This document shows, one piece after another, positions 53,138 through 64,000 of a DNA stretch of 64,000 bases; positions within the stretch are counted from its first letter, which is position 1, and each line of letters starts with the position of its first letter. Source of the DNA: Rhynchobatus australiae (taxonomy: Eukaryota); assembly GCA_034780895.1 (NCBI GenBank), contig JAUZTB010000001.1, positions 90,360,589 to 90,424,588 on the forward strand. Reading direction: 5' to 3'. The notes beneath the pieces were generated by a model. It worked only from the letters and a program-made list of their open reading frames with translations. It was not told the origin of the DNA and searched no databases. Both the position numbers and the translations under genes were made by a program.

Positions 53138-54404
53138 CAGTGGTAGGGTACTCAAATTATTGCAAAGGAACACTCTACGATAGTACATCAATTCCTTTCA
53201 ATTGAATTACAACAAAACAAATTAATTCTATTATAAATATTCCATAGAAACAATGCTTGTTAAAATATTGGGAATACACAGTCGATTGAGCAGTATCTGT
53301 AAAGAGAGACACAGAAGTAATATTTCAGGTTGATAACCTTTCCTTGCATGTTATTTGCTTTCAGGAGGAGCTGGACGCCTGCTTCCAGAAAATAGACTTG
53401 TCTGGAAAGAACATGTGCACTCTAGGCTTTGACTCAATTTTTTTGAAATCTCCTTCTCTACAAAGGCTGTAGTTCAGAAATCTTTGGTGAACATTTCTGT
53501 CCATTTATTAATGAGGAGTTACATTTAGAGGAATGATGCCCAATGACCTGTTCTAAACTTCTGGAACAAAATCTAACTAATGCAAAGGAACTTGAAAGCT
53601 CATTCTAGCCTCAGCTATTGGATTTGTTTTCTCATCTAAGCAGATGCTAGATAACTGATGACTTGGTCTCTTGTCACTCTATTCCAATATTTCTTTATTG
53701 TTCCTAGCTCTGGAAAGTCCACCAATATTGCTTCTGAATTATTTAGACTTTTTTCCCCACCAAATATTATAATGATTTTGCCATGAAAGTTGTTTAAATA
53801 TTTGCAAATGGGTATGCTTTTCTTCCCTTTAATCACACAGAATCAAATGGTTCTAACTTTGTAGAATAAAATTCTTAAAGCAAAAAGTATCATCTTCCAT
53901 CAATATATTCCTTCTTTATGTTACTGCAACTAGCATCATTTTTGCTTAAACACAGAACTTTAGGTCACATGACAAAAAGCAGCACAGTAAAATCTTGTAA
54001 CATAATTCTAGCTTTCATATGCAGAAAGCAGAAAATATATTAACCAAATAGTGCATCTGGGAACAATCACAAATAAAACAACACAATATATATTATGCTT
54101 AGGGAAAATGATTTTCTGCAGTGGAATATCCTGCTATAAATCGTAATTTAACAGGAGTACCACTTCCCTTGCCAGATTCTCAATTCACTCAGATTTTAAT
54201 ATTAATCTGAAGCAACAGTTTGTTTTCAAGTGCCAATGTTCTGCCTCTTCCAACTGTGCGTACAAGAAAGGAATGTGCCGTTGATAGTTTGAGTGTCCAT
54301 TAATTCAATCAACCGTTACAGTAGCCTGCTTGAATGTTGAGGTACAACATGAATACAGAAAATTGTTACTGATTATAATCGGCATCACTTAGTCCTTTGT
54401 CCTA

Positions 54405-54682
54405 ATTATAACACTTAACAGCATTGATGTACAGAAGGATCTTGGGGTCCAAGTCCATAGCTCCCTGAAAGTGGCCACACAGGTCAACAGGGTGGTAAAA
54501 AAGACATATAGCATGCTTGCCTTTATTAGTCGAGGCAATGAGTTCAAGAGTGAGGAAGTTATGTTGCAGCTTTATAAAACTCTGGTTTGGCCACATCTGG
54601 AATATTGCATCCAATTCTGGTTGCCCATTTTAGGAAGAATGTGGAGGCTTTTTGGAGAGGGTGCAGAATAAGTATACCAGGA
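54405..54682 (+). mobile_element. CR1 RT fragment
   Basis: ATQVNRVVKKTYSMLAFISRGNEFKSEEVMLQLYKTLVWPHLEYCIQFW. Confidence 0.88.
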
Positions 54683-54749
54683 TATATATTCTTTATTGGT
54701 TGAAGCCATTTGCTCTCAATTGTATATTTGTGGACTTTTAGTCAGGACA

Positions 54750-54900
54750 AGAGAAAAATCCTCTACCTCCATTTCACCAAGGCCCCAGCAATCTCCACTT
54801 TTGCCTCTCTCAATAACCTTGGGATAGGTCCCATCAGACCCTGGGGACTTATCCACTTGAATGCTCTTCAAGATACCCAACACCACCACTTCCTTTATGA
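54750..54900 (-). mobile_element. CR1 fragment
   Basis: EVVVLGILKSIQVDKSPGSDGTYP. Confidence 0.8.
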
Positions 54901-55189
54901 TCTCAAAAACAGCCCAAAACTCACTGGTCAAATTCTGTCATTGATACCATGCAATAATATTTCTGAAACACAAAGCAGAAATCGATTTTCCATCTCCAAA
55001 TCTGGCAACCATTGGTAAAGAAATTAAAATGTAAAAATCAGTCTAGACTGAGATTCAAATCAAGTTCAAATACACAACATCTGAGTGCACCATATAACAG
55101 CTTCTCCTCCTAATGAGGTGGTAAGTTCATGTGCGAGCCTCAATAGTGAATTTCAGGAGACAATTTAAATCAGGAATTTTTTTTTCTTC

Positions 55190-57125
55190 AAAAGGAAAAG
55201 GAAGCACATGTAAAGTTTAGGAAGCTGTAATTGGATAGGGCCTTTGAGGAATGTAAAGAAAGCAGGAAAAAACTAAAGCAGGGAATTAGAAGGGTCAAAA
55301 AGGGCCATGAAATGTTCTTGGTAAATTGGATTACAGAATTCCAAGGCATTNNNNNNNTAGATTAAAAATGTGAGGATGACTAAGGAGAGGGTAGAACCAC
55401 TCAAGGATAAAGGAGGGAATTTATGCTCTGAGTCAGAGGATTTGGGCAAGATACTTAACGAGTACTTTGAATTGGGATTCACCAAGAAGGACATGGACGA
55501 TAGTGAGATCAGTATGGGGTACACTAATATGCTCGGGCATTTTGAGATCAAAGAGCTGGTAGTGGTGTTGGGTCTCATGAAGAGCATTCAGATGGATAAG
55601 TCCCCAGGGCCTGATGGGTCCTATCCCAGGTTATTGAGAGAGGCAAAAGAGGAGATTGCTGGGCACTTGAAGATCATTGTATCCTCACTAGCAAAAGGAA
55701 GTGTCTAGGGGACAGGAGAATAGCCAATGTTATTCTTTTGCACAAGAAGTGAAATCGGGATAATCCAAGAAATTATAGGCCAGTGAGCTGCACATCAGTG
55801 GTAGGGAAGCTACTGGAGAGTATTCTTAGGGATTAGATTTATGAGCATTTGGAAAATTAGGGGCTACTTAGGGACAATCAGTATGGCTTTGCAGGACAGG
55901 TCATGTATTATGAACGTGATAGAGCTTTTTTTGAGGTAAAGAAAGTGGTTGATGAGGGTAGNNNNNNNNNNNNNNNNNNNNNNNNNNNNNNNNNNNNNNN
56001 NNNNNNNNNNNNNNNNNNNNNNNNNNNNNNNNNNNNNNNNNNNNNNNNNNNNNNNNNNNNNNNNNNNNNNNNNNNNNNNNNNNNNNNNNNNNNNNNNNNN
56101 NNNNNNNNNNNNNNNNNNNNNNNNNNNNNNNNNNNNNNNNNNNNNNNNNNNNNNNNNNNNNNNNNNNNNNNNNNNNNNNNNNNNNNNNNNNNNNNNNNNN
56201 NNNNNNNNNNNNNNNNNNNNNNNNNNNNNNNNNNNNNNNNNNNNNNNNNNNNNNNNNNNNNNNNNNNNNNNNNNNNNNNNNNNNNNNNNNNNNNNNNNNN
56301 NNNNNNNNNNNNNNNNNNNNNNNNNNNNNNNNNNNNNNNNNNNNNNNNNNNNNNNNNNNNNNNNNNNNNNNNNNNNNNNNNNNNNNNNNNNNNNNNNNNN
56401 NNNNNNNNNNNNNNNNNNNNNNNNNNNNNNNNNNNNNNNNNNNNNNNNNNNNNNNNNNNNNNNNNNNNNNNNNNNNNNNNNNNNNNNNNNNNNNNNNNNN
56501 NNNNNNNNNNNNNNNNNNNNNNNNNNNNNNNNNNNNNNNNNNNNNNNNNNNNNNNNNNNNNNNNNNNNNNNNNNNNNNNNNNNNNNNNNNNNNNNNNNNN
56601 NNNNNNNNNNNNNNNNNNNNNNNNNNNNNNNNNNNNNNNNNNNNNNNNNNNNNNNNNNNNNNNNNNNNNNNNNNNNNNNNNNNNNNNNNNNNNNNNAGTT
56701 GGACAAACTTGGATTGTTTTCTCTGGGGCATCAAAGGCTAATGGTAGACCTGTTAGAAGTTTATAAAATTATGACAGGCATAGATAGGATAGACAGTCAA
56801 AATCTTTTTCCCTGGGTAGAAATATCAGATACTAGAGGACATAGCTTTAAGGCAAGAGGGGAAAAGTTTAAAGGAAATGTGAGGAGATTTTTTTATTTAG
56901 TAACAGAGTGCTAGGTGCCTGGAAATGCACTGCCATGAATGGTGGTGGAAGTAGATACTGTAGTGGCATTTACAAGGCTTTTAGATAGGCACATGAATAT
57001 GCAGGAAATGGAGGGATATGGATCATTTAGAGGTAGAAGGGATGAGTTTAATTTAGCATCATGTTTGGCACATACATTGTGAGCTGAGGGGCCTTTTCCT
57101 TCACTATACAGCTCTATGATCTATG
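55190..57125 (+). mobile_element. Long CR1 (linker, RT, 3' end) spanning a gap
   Basis: DKSPGPDGSYPRLLREAKEEIAG, NYRPVS, and after the gap LDKLGLFSL..EVYKIMTGIDR..TRGHSFK, then tail. Confidence 0.92.
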
Positions 57126-58149
57126 AATTATCAGAAGTGAGCCAAACCTGTCCTCAGCTAATAATTCTCACGAGACAGCCAAAGAGATTGTTACTGATAC
57201 ATGATCACATTAAGAAAAAGTAGCCAATTCTATACTCACTGAACTTATTCTATCACTATCATCGACTATCCCCTCCCCTCAGTACCATGACCTGTACCCC
57301 ATCCTCCCAGCCCAATACATCCAAGATAACAATGACATTAGCGCCATTACTATTGCATCAAAAAGTCCAGAGATCAAATGTTTGCTGCATCTTCAAGAAA
57401 AATGTTCATTATTTCCTCACCTGTCCATAATTTTCATTCAATTTATTCCACCATTCTTGATTGAAAAATATCATTTAATATTGTTATTTCCATTGGTGTT
57501 AACAAATGCTGATATGTTATTGCTAAAATTTTCAATTATCTAGAAACCTGAAGATTCATTAGTATTTGAGAAGCCTTCATGAAATACTGCAGCTGGGATT
57601 TCCCTCAACATTGGGCAAAGGCACTGCATAATAGTGAAATATTTGTGTTACAGCATGTTGGAGGCTTCATTTAATACAAAATGTCAAATATCCACTGACT
57701 CATTAAAATTGATGTTCACAAGTTCCATTTGCTCCATCTCCAGCCACCACAGTAACAGAATCACACAAATTTACTAGTCTCAGTAGCTGTCAGAATATAC
57801 AATATCAATTACTTGGAATTTTACCTGTCTAGGTATGAAAGCAGCTTCCCCAATTATAGACACAGGATTTGCAACATGCATGATGCTTACGTCAAGTCAA
57901 TCCATTATATCAGTTTCTTTAAGAAATAATGCAGTACCCCTCAAGGTGTCTTGTGCTTTGTTACTGTTAAGCTGCTGTTGTCATGGAAGTGATCAAGACA
58001 GAAGAAATTATATTGGGGAATAAGGAAAAAGCAGAGAAATAAAACAAATATTTTGCATCTGCCTGCATGGAAGACACAGAAAGCCTCTCTAAAAGAGAGG
58101 AGCATGACTCTAAATGTAGAATGAATGAAAATTTAAATTAGCATCAGTA

Positions 58150-59260
58150 AAAAAATTTATTGGAGAATTTAATGAGATTAAAAGGCAAAAAAAACTCTCA
58201 GAACCCAATGGCCTGCATCCTAGAGTTCTGAAGGTTGTTATGGAGATAGTGAATGCATAGGTTGTCATCTTCCCAAATTGCATAGATTTTAGAACAGTTC
58301 TCACAGATTGGAAAGAGAACCTCAATACTCAAGAAAGCAGGAAGACAGAAAACAGGAAAGCATGGACCAGTTTACCTGATATCCACTGCAGACAAACTGC
58401 TGGAATCCATTATGAAGGAAGTATTAACAAAATGTTTAAAATATAGTAATGAAGGGTAGAGTTGATAGGGATATATGGATGGTGAATCATTTGTTTTTGA
58501 GGTTTGACTAGCAGAAAAGATAAGGGTGAACCAGTTGTGGTATATTTGGACTTTCAGAATATGTCTGTTGAGGTGCTGCACAAAGCACAGCACACAGTGT
58601 TGAGGTTAATATAGTGCCATGGACTTGTAAATGGAGAGACAACAGAGTGGGAATAAATGGCTCATTTCTGAAAAAGGAAGCTGAGATTTGTAGGGTGCTG
58701 TAGGATTGCCACTGAGCTCATCCATACGTGTAGAAAAAATAGAAACAAAGTTTTATTTTTAAATTATAAGAGGATGAAAGGTGCTGATATTCAGAGCGAC
58801 CTGAATGTTTTAAACAGAAAACACAAAGTTACCATGCATTTACAGCAAGCAATCAAGAAACCAAAATGTTGGACTATATTGCAAGAAGATTTGAGTAAAA
58901 TACTCCAGACCTCTTGTGCCAATTATGCAGAGCCCTAGCAAGACCGCATCTGGGAGCCTGGTCTGCCAATGTAAGTAAAGACATACTTCCAATTGAATGG
59001 ATAAATTGAAACATAAGTTCTGACAGGCTGGAATGTCTGGAACCAGGGCCACCATCTCAAAATAAGGGAACAACATTCAAGACCAAGATGAGTGAAATCG
59101 CCATCAACCAGAGGGTAGCAAATCTTTGGAATTCTCTGTCAAAGAGGGCTTTGGCGGCTCAAACTAATCAAGGAATATGGGGTTAGTGCAGGAAAATTGA
59201 GCCAAGGTAAAAGTTCAGCTATGATCTAATTAGATGGTGGAGCAGAATGTGGGGTGCGAA
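58150..59260 (+). mobile_element. Old, internally deleted CR1
   Basis: PNGLHPRVLK, KLLESIMKE, YLDFQN and RVANLWNSL motifs. Confidence 0.75.
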
Positions 59261-59739
59261 TTAGAATATGAAAACAAGAAAGAGAGGCTAAGAGAGTGTG
59301 CATGGCTCCTAACCTTATAAAATTTCAATTGTAGGATGCTGGTTAAGATTTGAGATACAGCATCTGTCATCTAAATTATCTCCCTTTTTATCTTTTAAAA
59401 CCAATACAATCATCAAGTTGAGAGATAATTAATAGTGACACTTGATTTAGACACCCAGTATTAGCATCAAGCCTTTAAAGATCTTTCTAAACCCAGATCA
59501 GGTACTAAAGTTAACCTTGACACCTTGACAGCATGCCCAAATTCCATAATTGGAAGAGCAGAGATTCCGAAAAAATGTGGCATTTCTTATTTTCTTTTAC
59601 TTTTCCTCACATTCTCCAGTCACAAATATTGGGCCAATTCAATCCTAAATCCATTTCCAACATCCAGCTGAAAACATGCATATGCACTGAGTACATGAGA
59701 GTGTTGTAGTGACAAAACATTGAGGTGTTTCAATGCCAC

Positions 59740-59836
59740 AAGAACAGAAATGCAGGAAAAACTCAGCCAGTCAAGCAACATCTGTGGAAAGAGACACCAG
59801 TTAACCTTACAGGTCGAAGACCCTTCATCAGAATTG
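59740..59836 (-). mobile_element. Penelope-like terminal repeat with hammerhead-like core
   Basis: Minus strand reads CAATTCTGATGAAGGGTCTTCGACCTGTAAGGTTAACTG..TTTCCACAGATGTTGCTTGACTGGCTGAGTTTTTCC. Confidence 0.75.
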
Positions 59837-60661
59837 TGGCGTGTTTTAATGCTTCACAATAGTTGCTATCATTATTCACAATACATTGCAATCTGTAAAA
59901 GTCAAAGTAGCAACATTTGCAAATTGCTCACTTGCAATCTAAAACCACCGCATCACTGTCAATGTTCCAGCAAGGCAAATATTTGGAGATGCAAAAAAAA
60001 AGGCAAATTTACTACAACACATAATAATTCAAATATATGTTACAATTTTTTTTAGCAAGTAATATTTTAATTTCTATTTCTACCATTGACATTTAATATT
60101 TGGAGAAATTATGCTGACAAAGATACTTTTTATTAAAAAAAGACTGTTCACTTTTTTAATAGGTGAAATTCTTTCTCCATTAGCTACTCCATAGCTTCCA
60201 AATGCATTATCCATAAATCCACAGATCAAACACACTCTTTGATGGCTTTCCAGAGCCTCAACTGCAACTCAAATACTTAAACCCAATATACTGAGACAAA
60301 AACAATCCCATCCTCCTATTCTCATTTATCTTCCTTGGATTTTCTATCTTCCAGTACATAAAACTGCACATTCTTGTCCTCTTCTGCTTCACTCTTCGCA
60401 ATCTTCTTCCAGCTCTACCTGCAAAGTTTTGCCTTCAAGTGTTACAGTCATACAATTCTCCATCAACAGTAATGTGTCTGCTATCTTGGCCACACATTTT
60501 AAAATGATCTCACTAAGGTCCCATGTTTCTTCAGTTCTCACCTAATTCTTTGCTTAAGGTCAATAACTTCAATTTGAACTTGTCCTGAAGGTTTTAATCG
60601 CATGACTTTCCACCTCTCACTACTCTGTTCAGTTTAACAGCATTTTATAATAAAAATATTC

Positions 60662-61020
60662 AAAGTATATAAAATTATGAGAGGCATAGTTGGTTAATAT
60701 TTTTCCCATGGTCAGGGTGTCATAAACAGGTGGGTATAGTGTAAGATGAGAGGAAGCAGTTTCAAAGGGGATCTGAGGGGCAAGTTTTGTTTTTACACAG
60801 ATGGTGGTTCATATCTGGAATGTACTGCAGATGAGTGATGGGATTGGATATAATTACTATATTTGAGAGGCATTTTTGTTGATAAATAGGCAAGACATAG
60901 AAGGATACAATCCTAATATGGAGAAGTGGAATAAGTGTAGAAGGGCAAAAAGGTTGGGTTGAATGATGTGGTGGGCTGAAGGACCCATTCTGCCCTGCAC
61001 AACTCTAAGATTTCATGACT
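60662..61020 (+). mobile_element. CR1 3' end
   Basis: VYKIMRGI..FKGDLRGKF..FTQMVVHIWN, tail gtgggctgaaggaccc. Confidence 0.8.
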
Positions 61021-61629
61021 AAACTCAAATAAAACATTTTTATACCCTTATACCTTATCATATAGATTACTTTTAATAGTTGAGATTAATCCAGGAAAAT
61101 TAGCAATCCTACTTAACTGCTCAGTGTTCACTTTTGGTACTATGAAATATCTAATTATGCTAAATCTGCATGAAGCAAGAGGGAAAGAATCAAACAAATT
61201 GTATTGGATGTGGGGACTGGGTGTTCCCCTTGTCAACACTAAATCAGTCACAGAAACATGAACAAGCAAAAGGCGACAAAGAAAACAGTCATTTTTTTTT
61301 CTCCTTCCGAAGCAAAAATACTCTGAAACTACTCTACCCAAAATGAATCCCCCGCCAAGCACCTTGGGACAATTTATTTGAAAGACCCTCCATAAATGTA
61401 AGTTGTTGCTACAAAACCTATAACTAATAGAACTTAAACTCATAAATCCAACCTGACACTTTAGTCTATCGACAGCATCCTGAATTAGAACAAGTGCCAT
61501 CTTTCAGGTAAACACCAGGACACCACCTGTTACATCAGGTGACATGGCACTAGTTTGCCTAAATGCTATGTCCTTTTCAACATTTATTCCTCTCGATATT
61601 TCAAACACAGATTATGTGTTCATCATCTC

Positions 61630-61780
61630 AAAGCAGTTTGTTGTGTGAAAATTAGCATTTGTGTTTCCCATATTACAACAGTAACTACTCTTCAAGATGT
61701 GTCTCATTGTCAGTTAAGCACTTTGAAGGTGACTAAAGCAGTCACAGAAGGGGCCACATACATGTAAATCATTCTTATTA
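61630..61780 (+). mobile_element. DeuSINE 3' part
   Basis: tgtgtttcccatattacaacagtaactactcttcaa..aagcactttg. Confidence 0.5.
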
Positions 61781-62465
61781 TTTCACATAATTGCAGTCTG
61801 TATCATATTATACACTATCATACTTAGTGTTTTTTCCAAAAGCTGCACATACAATACCTCATTTGTCATAAAAAGACCATCATGAGATATAACTAGAATT
61901 GTGTATTTGTGAAAAATTAACTTTCCATTCCCAGAAAGGTTTTTTATGCTGCACACACATCAACTCATTTTTTCTTACCTTCATTAAGTCCAATTTTTTC
62001 CCGGAAGCATGACCTACTAAATGTATCAGGTGACATTACAACCAGTAACAAAATAGAAAAACAAACAACACCAGCTGGCAAAATAGAGTGGCTGCAGAGA
62101 ATTCGGCAATCCTTGTAATCGGAATAACAAAGTAGGTTTACATAAAAGACCAATATGTTTAACTAAGCCTTAAATGGTTTAAAAGGTTGATTTCATCTTG
62201 TTTATAGCAATTCTACATAAACTAACACGTTAAATAAAAACACAAGTGAATCTATGAAAAACCAAAGGAAAATAAAAAATTGTCCTACTTCGCTCCCACA
62301 ACGCAGTCCAGCAATGATCACATTGTGTCGAAATCTTGACTCTAAAATGCTTTTAACCAAAAAAAATCTTCTATGTATTCAAACTGATGTTTACAATAGC
62401 TATCATTTATACATCTTAATTGTGATTAACTTGTTAATCCCAGTTCTTCCATAGAAATCAATTCA

Positions 62466-63200
<735 letters not shown>

Positions 63201-63624
63201 AGCTAGAGAGCTCTGACTCATGTGGAGAAGGTACTGACTTCGGAAAACCAAAATATTTTCAACAAATATTTTTTTTCCTTAATTGCTCTGATCCACTGAC
63301 TTGCATAGTGTTACAAAAATGTTATTGCGTCATTAAATACTGGAAGGATGCTATTTGGTTCATTGGATTTCTTTAAGAGGAAGTCAGTCAATCCCATCTA
63401 CTTGTTTTTTTCTCTCTGTCACCCTGCAACGTTATTCCCTCAAATAATGCTCACCTTAACAGTAACGTGCATTTACTCCAGCGTCTTTATCAAAGTAAAG
63501 TATTGCAAGGTGCGTCTCCAGAATGTTAAAATTTGACATAAACGACATAACAGAAATATAGGGAGAGGTAGCAGGTTTTAACATGTGCTCTTAAAGAGAA
63601 AGAATAAGATGAAGAATATTAAAG

Positions 63625-63790
63625 TGCTTTGCAGCTAGATAGATGAAAGCACCCAGAGTGCCATGTTGGCATAGACAGATTAAGTTACAGGTTCACAGGG
63701 AAATGAAGGGGAATGGTATTGAAGGAATTGTTCTGCTGGGAGCAAGCATAGACCCAGTGAACTGAATGGCTTCCTTCTATGCTGTAATAA
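63625..63790 (+). mobile_element. CR1-type 3' tail
   Basis: gctgggagcaagcatagacccagtgaactgaatggcttccttctatgctgtaa. Confidence 0.65.
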
Positions 63791-64000
63791 GTAGGTAATT
63801 ATGACCTAAATGAAGTTGGGTAGGCTCAAAATGCCAGAATTGAAGATCTGCAAAAAAAAATGTCAGATGCACAAAGTTAAAGTGATAAAAGAAGAGCAAG
63901 ACCAGGAAGGGTTATCATTACTAAATGAGAAATTTTAAACTCAAAGCTGGATCAGGACCCATCTGCTTAATTGAGTATTGTAGAAGGTATGAGGTAAATA

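Noticed and set aside
61970-62095. Donor AAG|GTAAGA near 61979 with upstream AGs, as an alternative exon
   Set aside because: No coding similarity, and such sites are common by chance. Needs transcript data.

Overview
Eukaryotic (vertebrate) genomic DNA from a gappy draft assembly. The repeat families point to a cartilaginous fish, probably a ray or other batoid (inference). The window holds the 5' part of PCNX1 (pecanex-1) on the minus strand: a CpG-rich promoter/5'UTR (~62814-63200) and three coding exons (62661-62813, 25004-25212, 7190-7295). These splice in frame through GT-AG sites into the first 156 aa, and the gene continues past the left edge or into a gap. The ~37.4 kb and ~17.7 kb introns are filled with decayed CR1, L2, RTE and Penelope-like retroelements, tRNA-derived V-SINEs and DeuSINEs, and one Tc1/mariner-type MITE. 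Almost every ORF in the supplied track is a chance ORF, a gap artefact or a retroelement remnant. I found no new protein-coding system. The most notable signals are: (1) dispersed and tandem Penelope-associated minimal hammerhead-ribozyme-like motifs, all degenerate; (2) an inverted repeat centred on the predicted ribozyme cleavage position; (3) an RTE copy with a three-part internal rearrangement; (4) a TGACA-rich nested palindrome; (5) uORFs and a tandem splice donor that could regulate PCNX1. Repeat family calls and boundaries come from recognising motifs by eye and are approximate.
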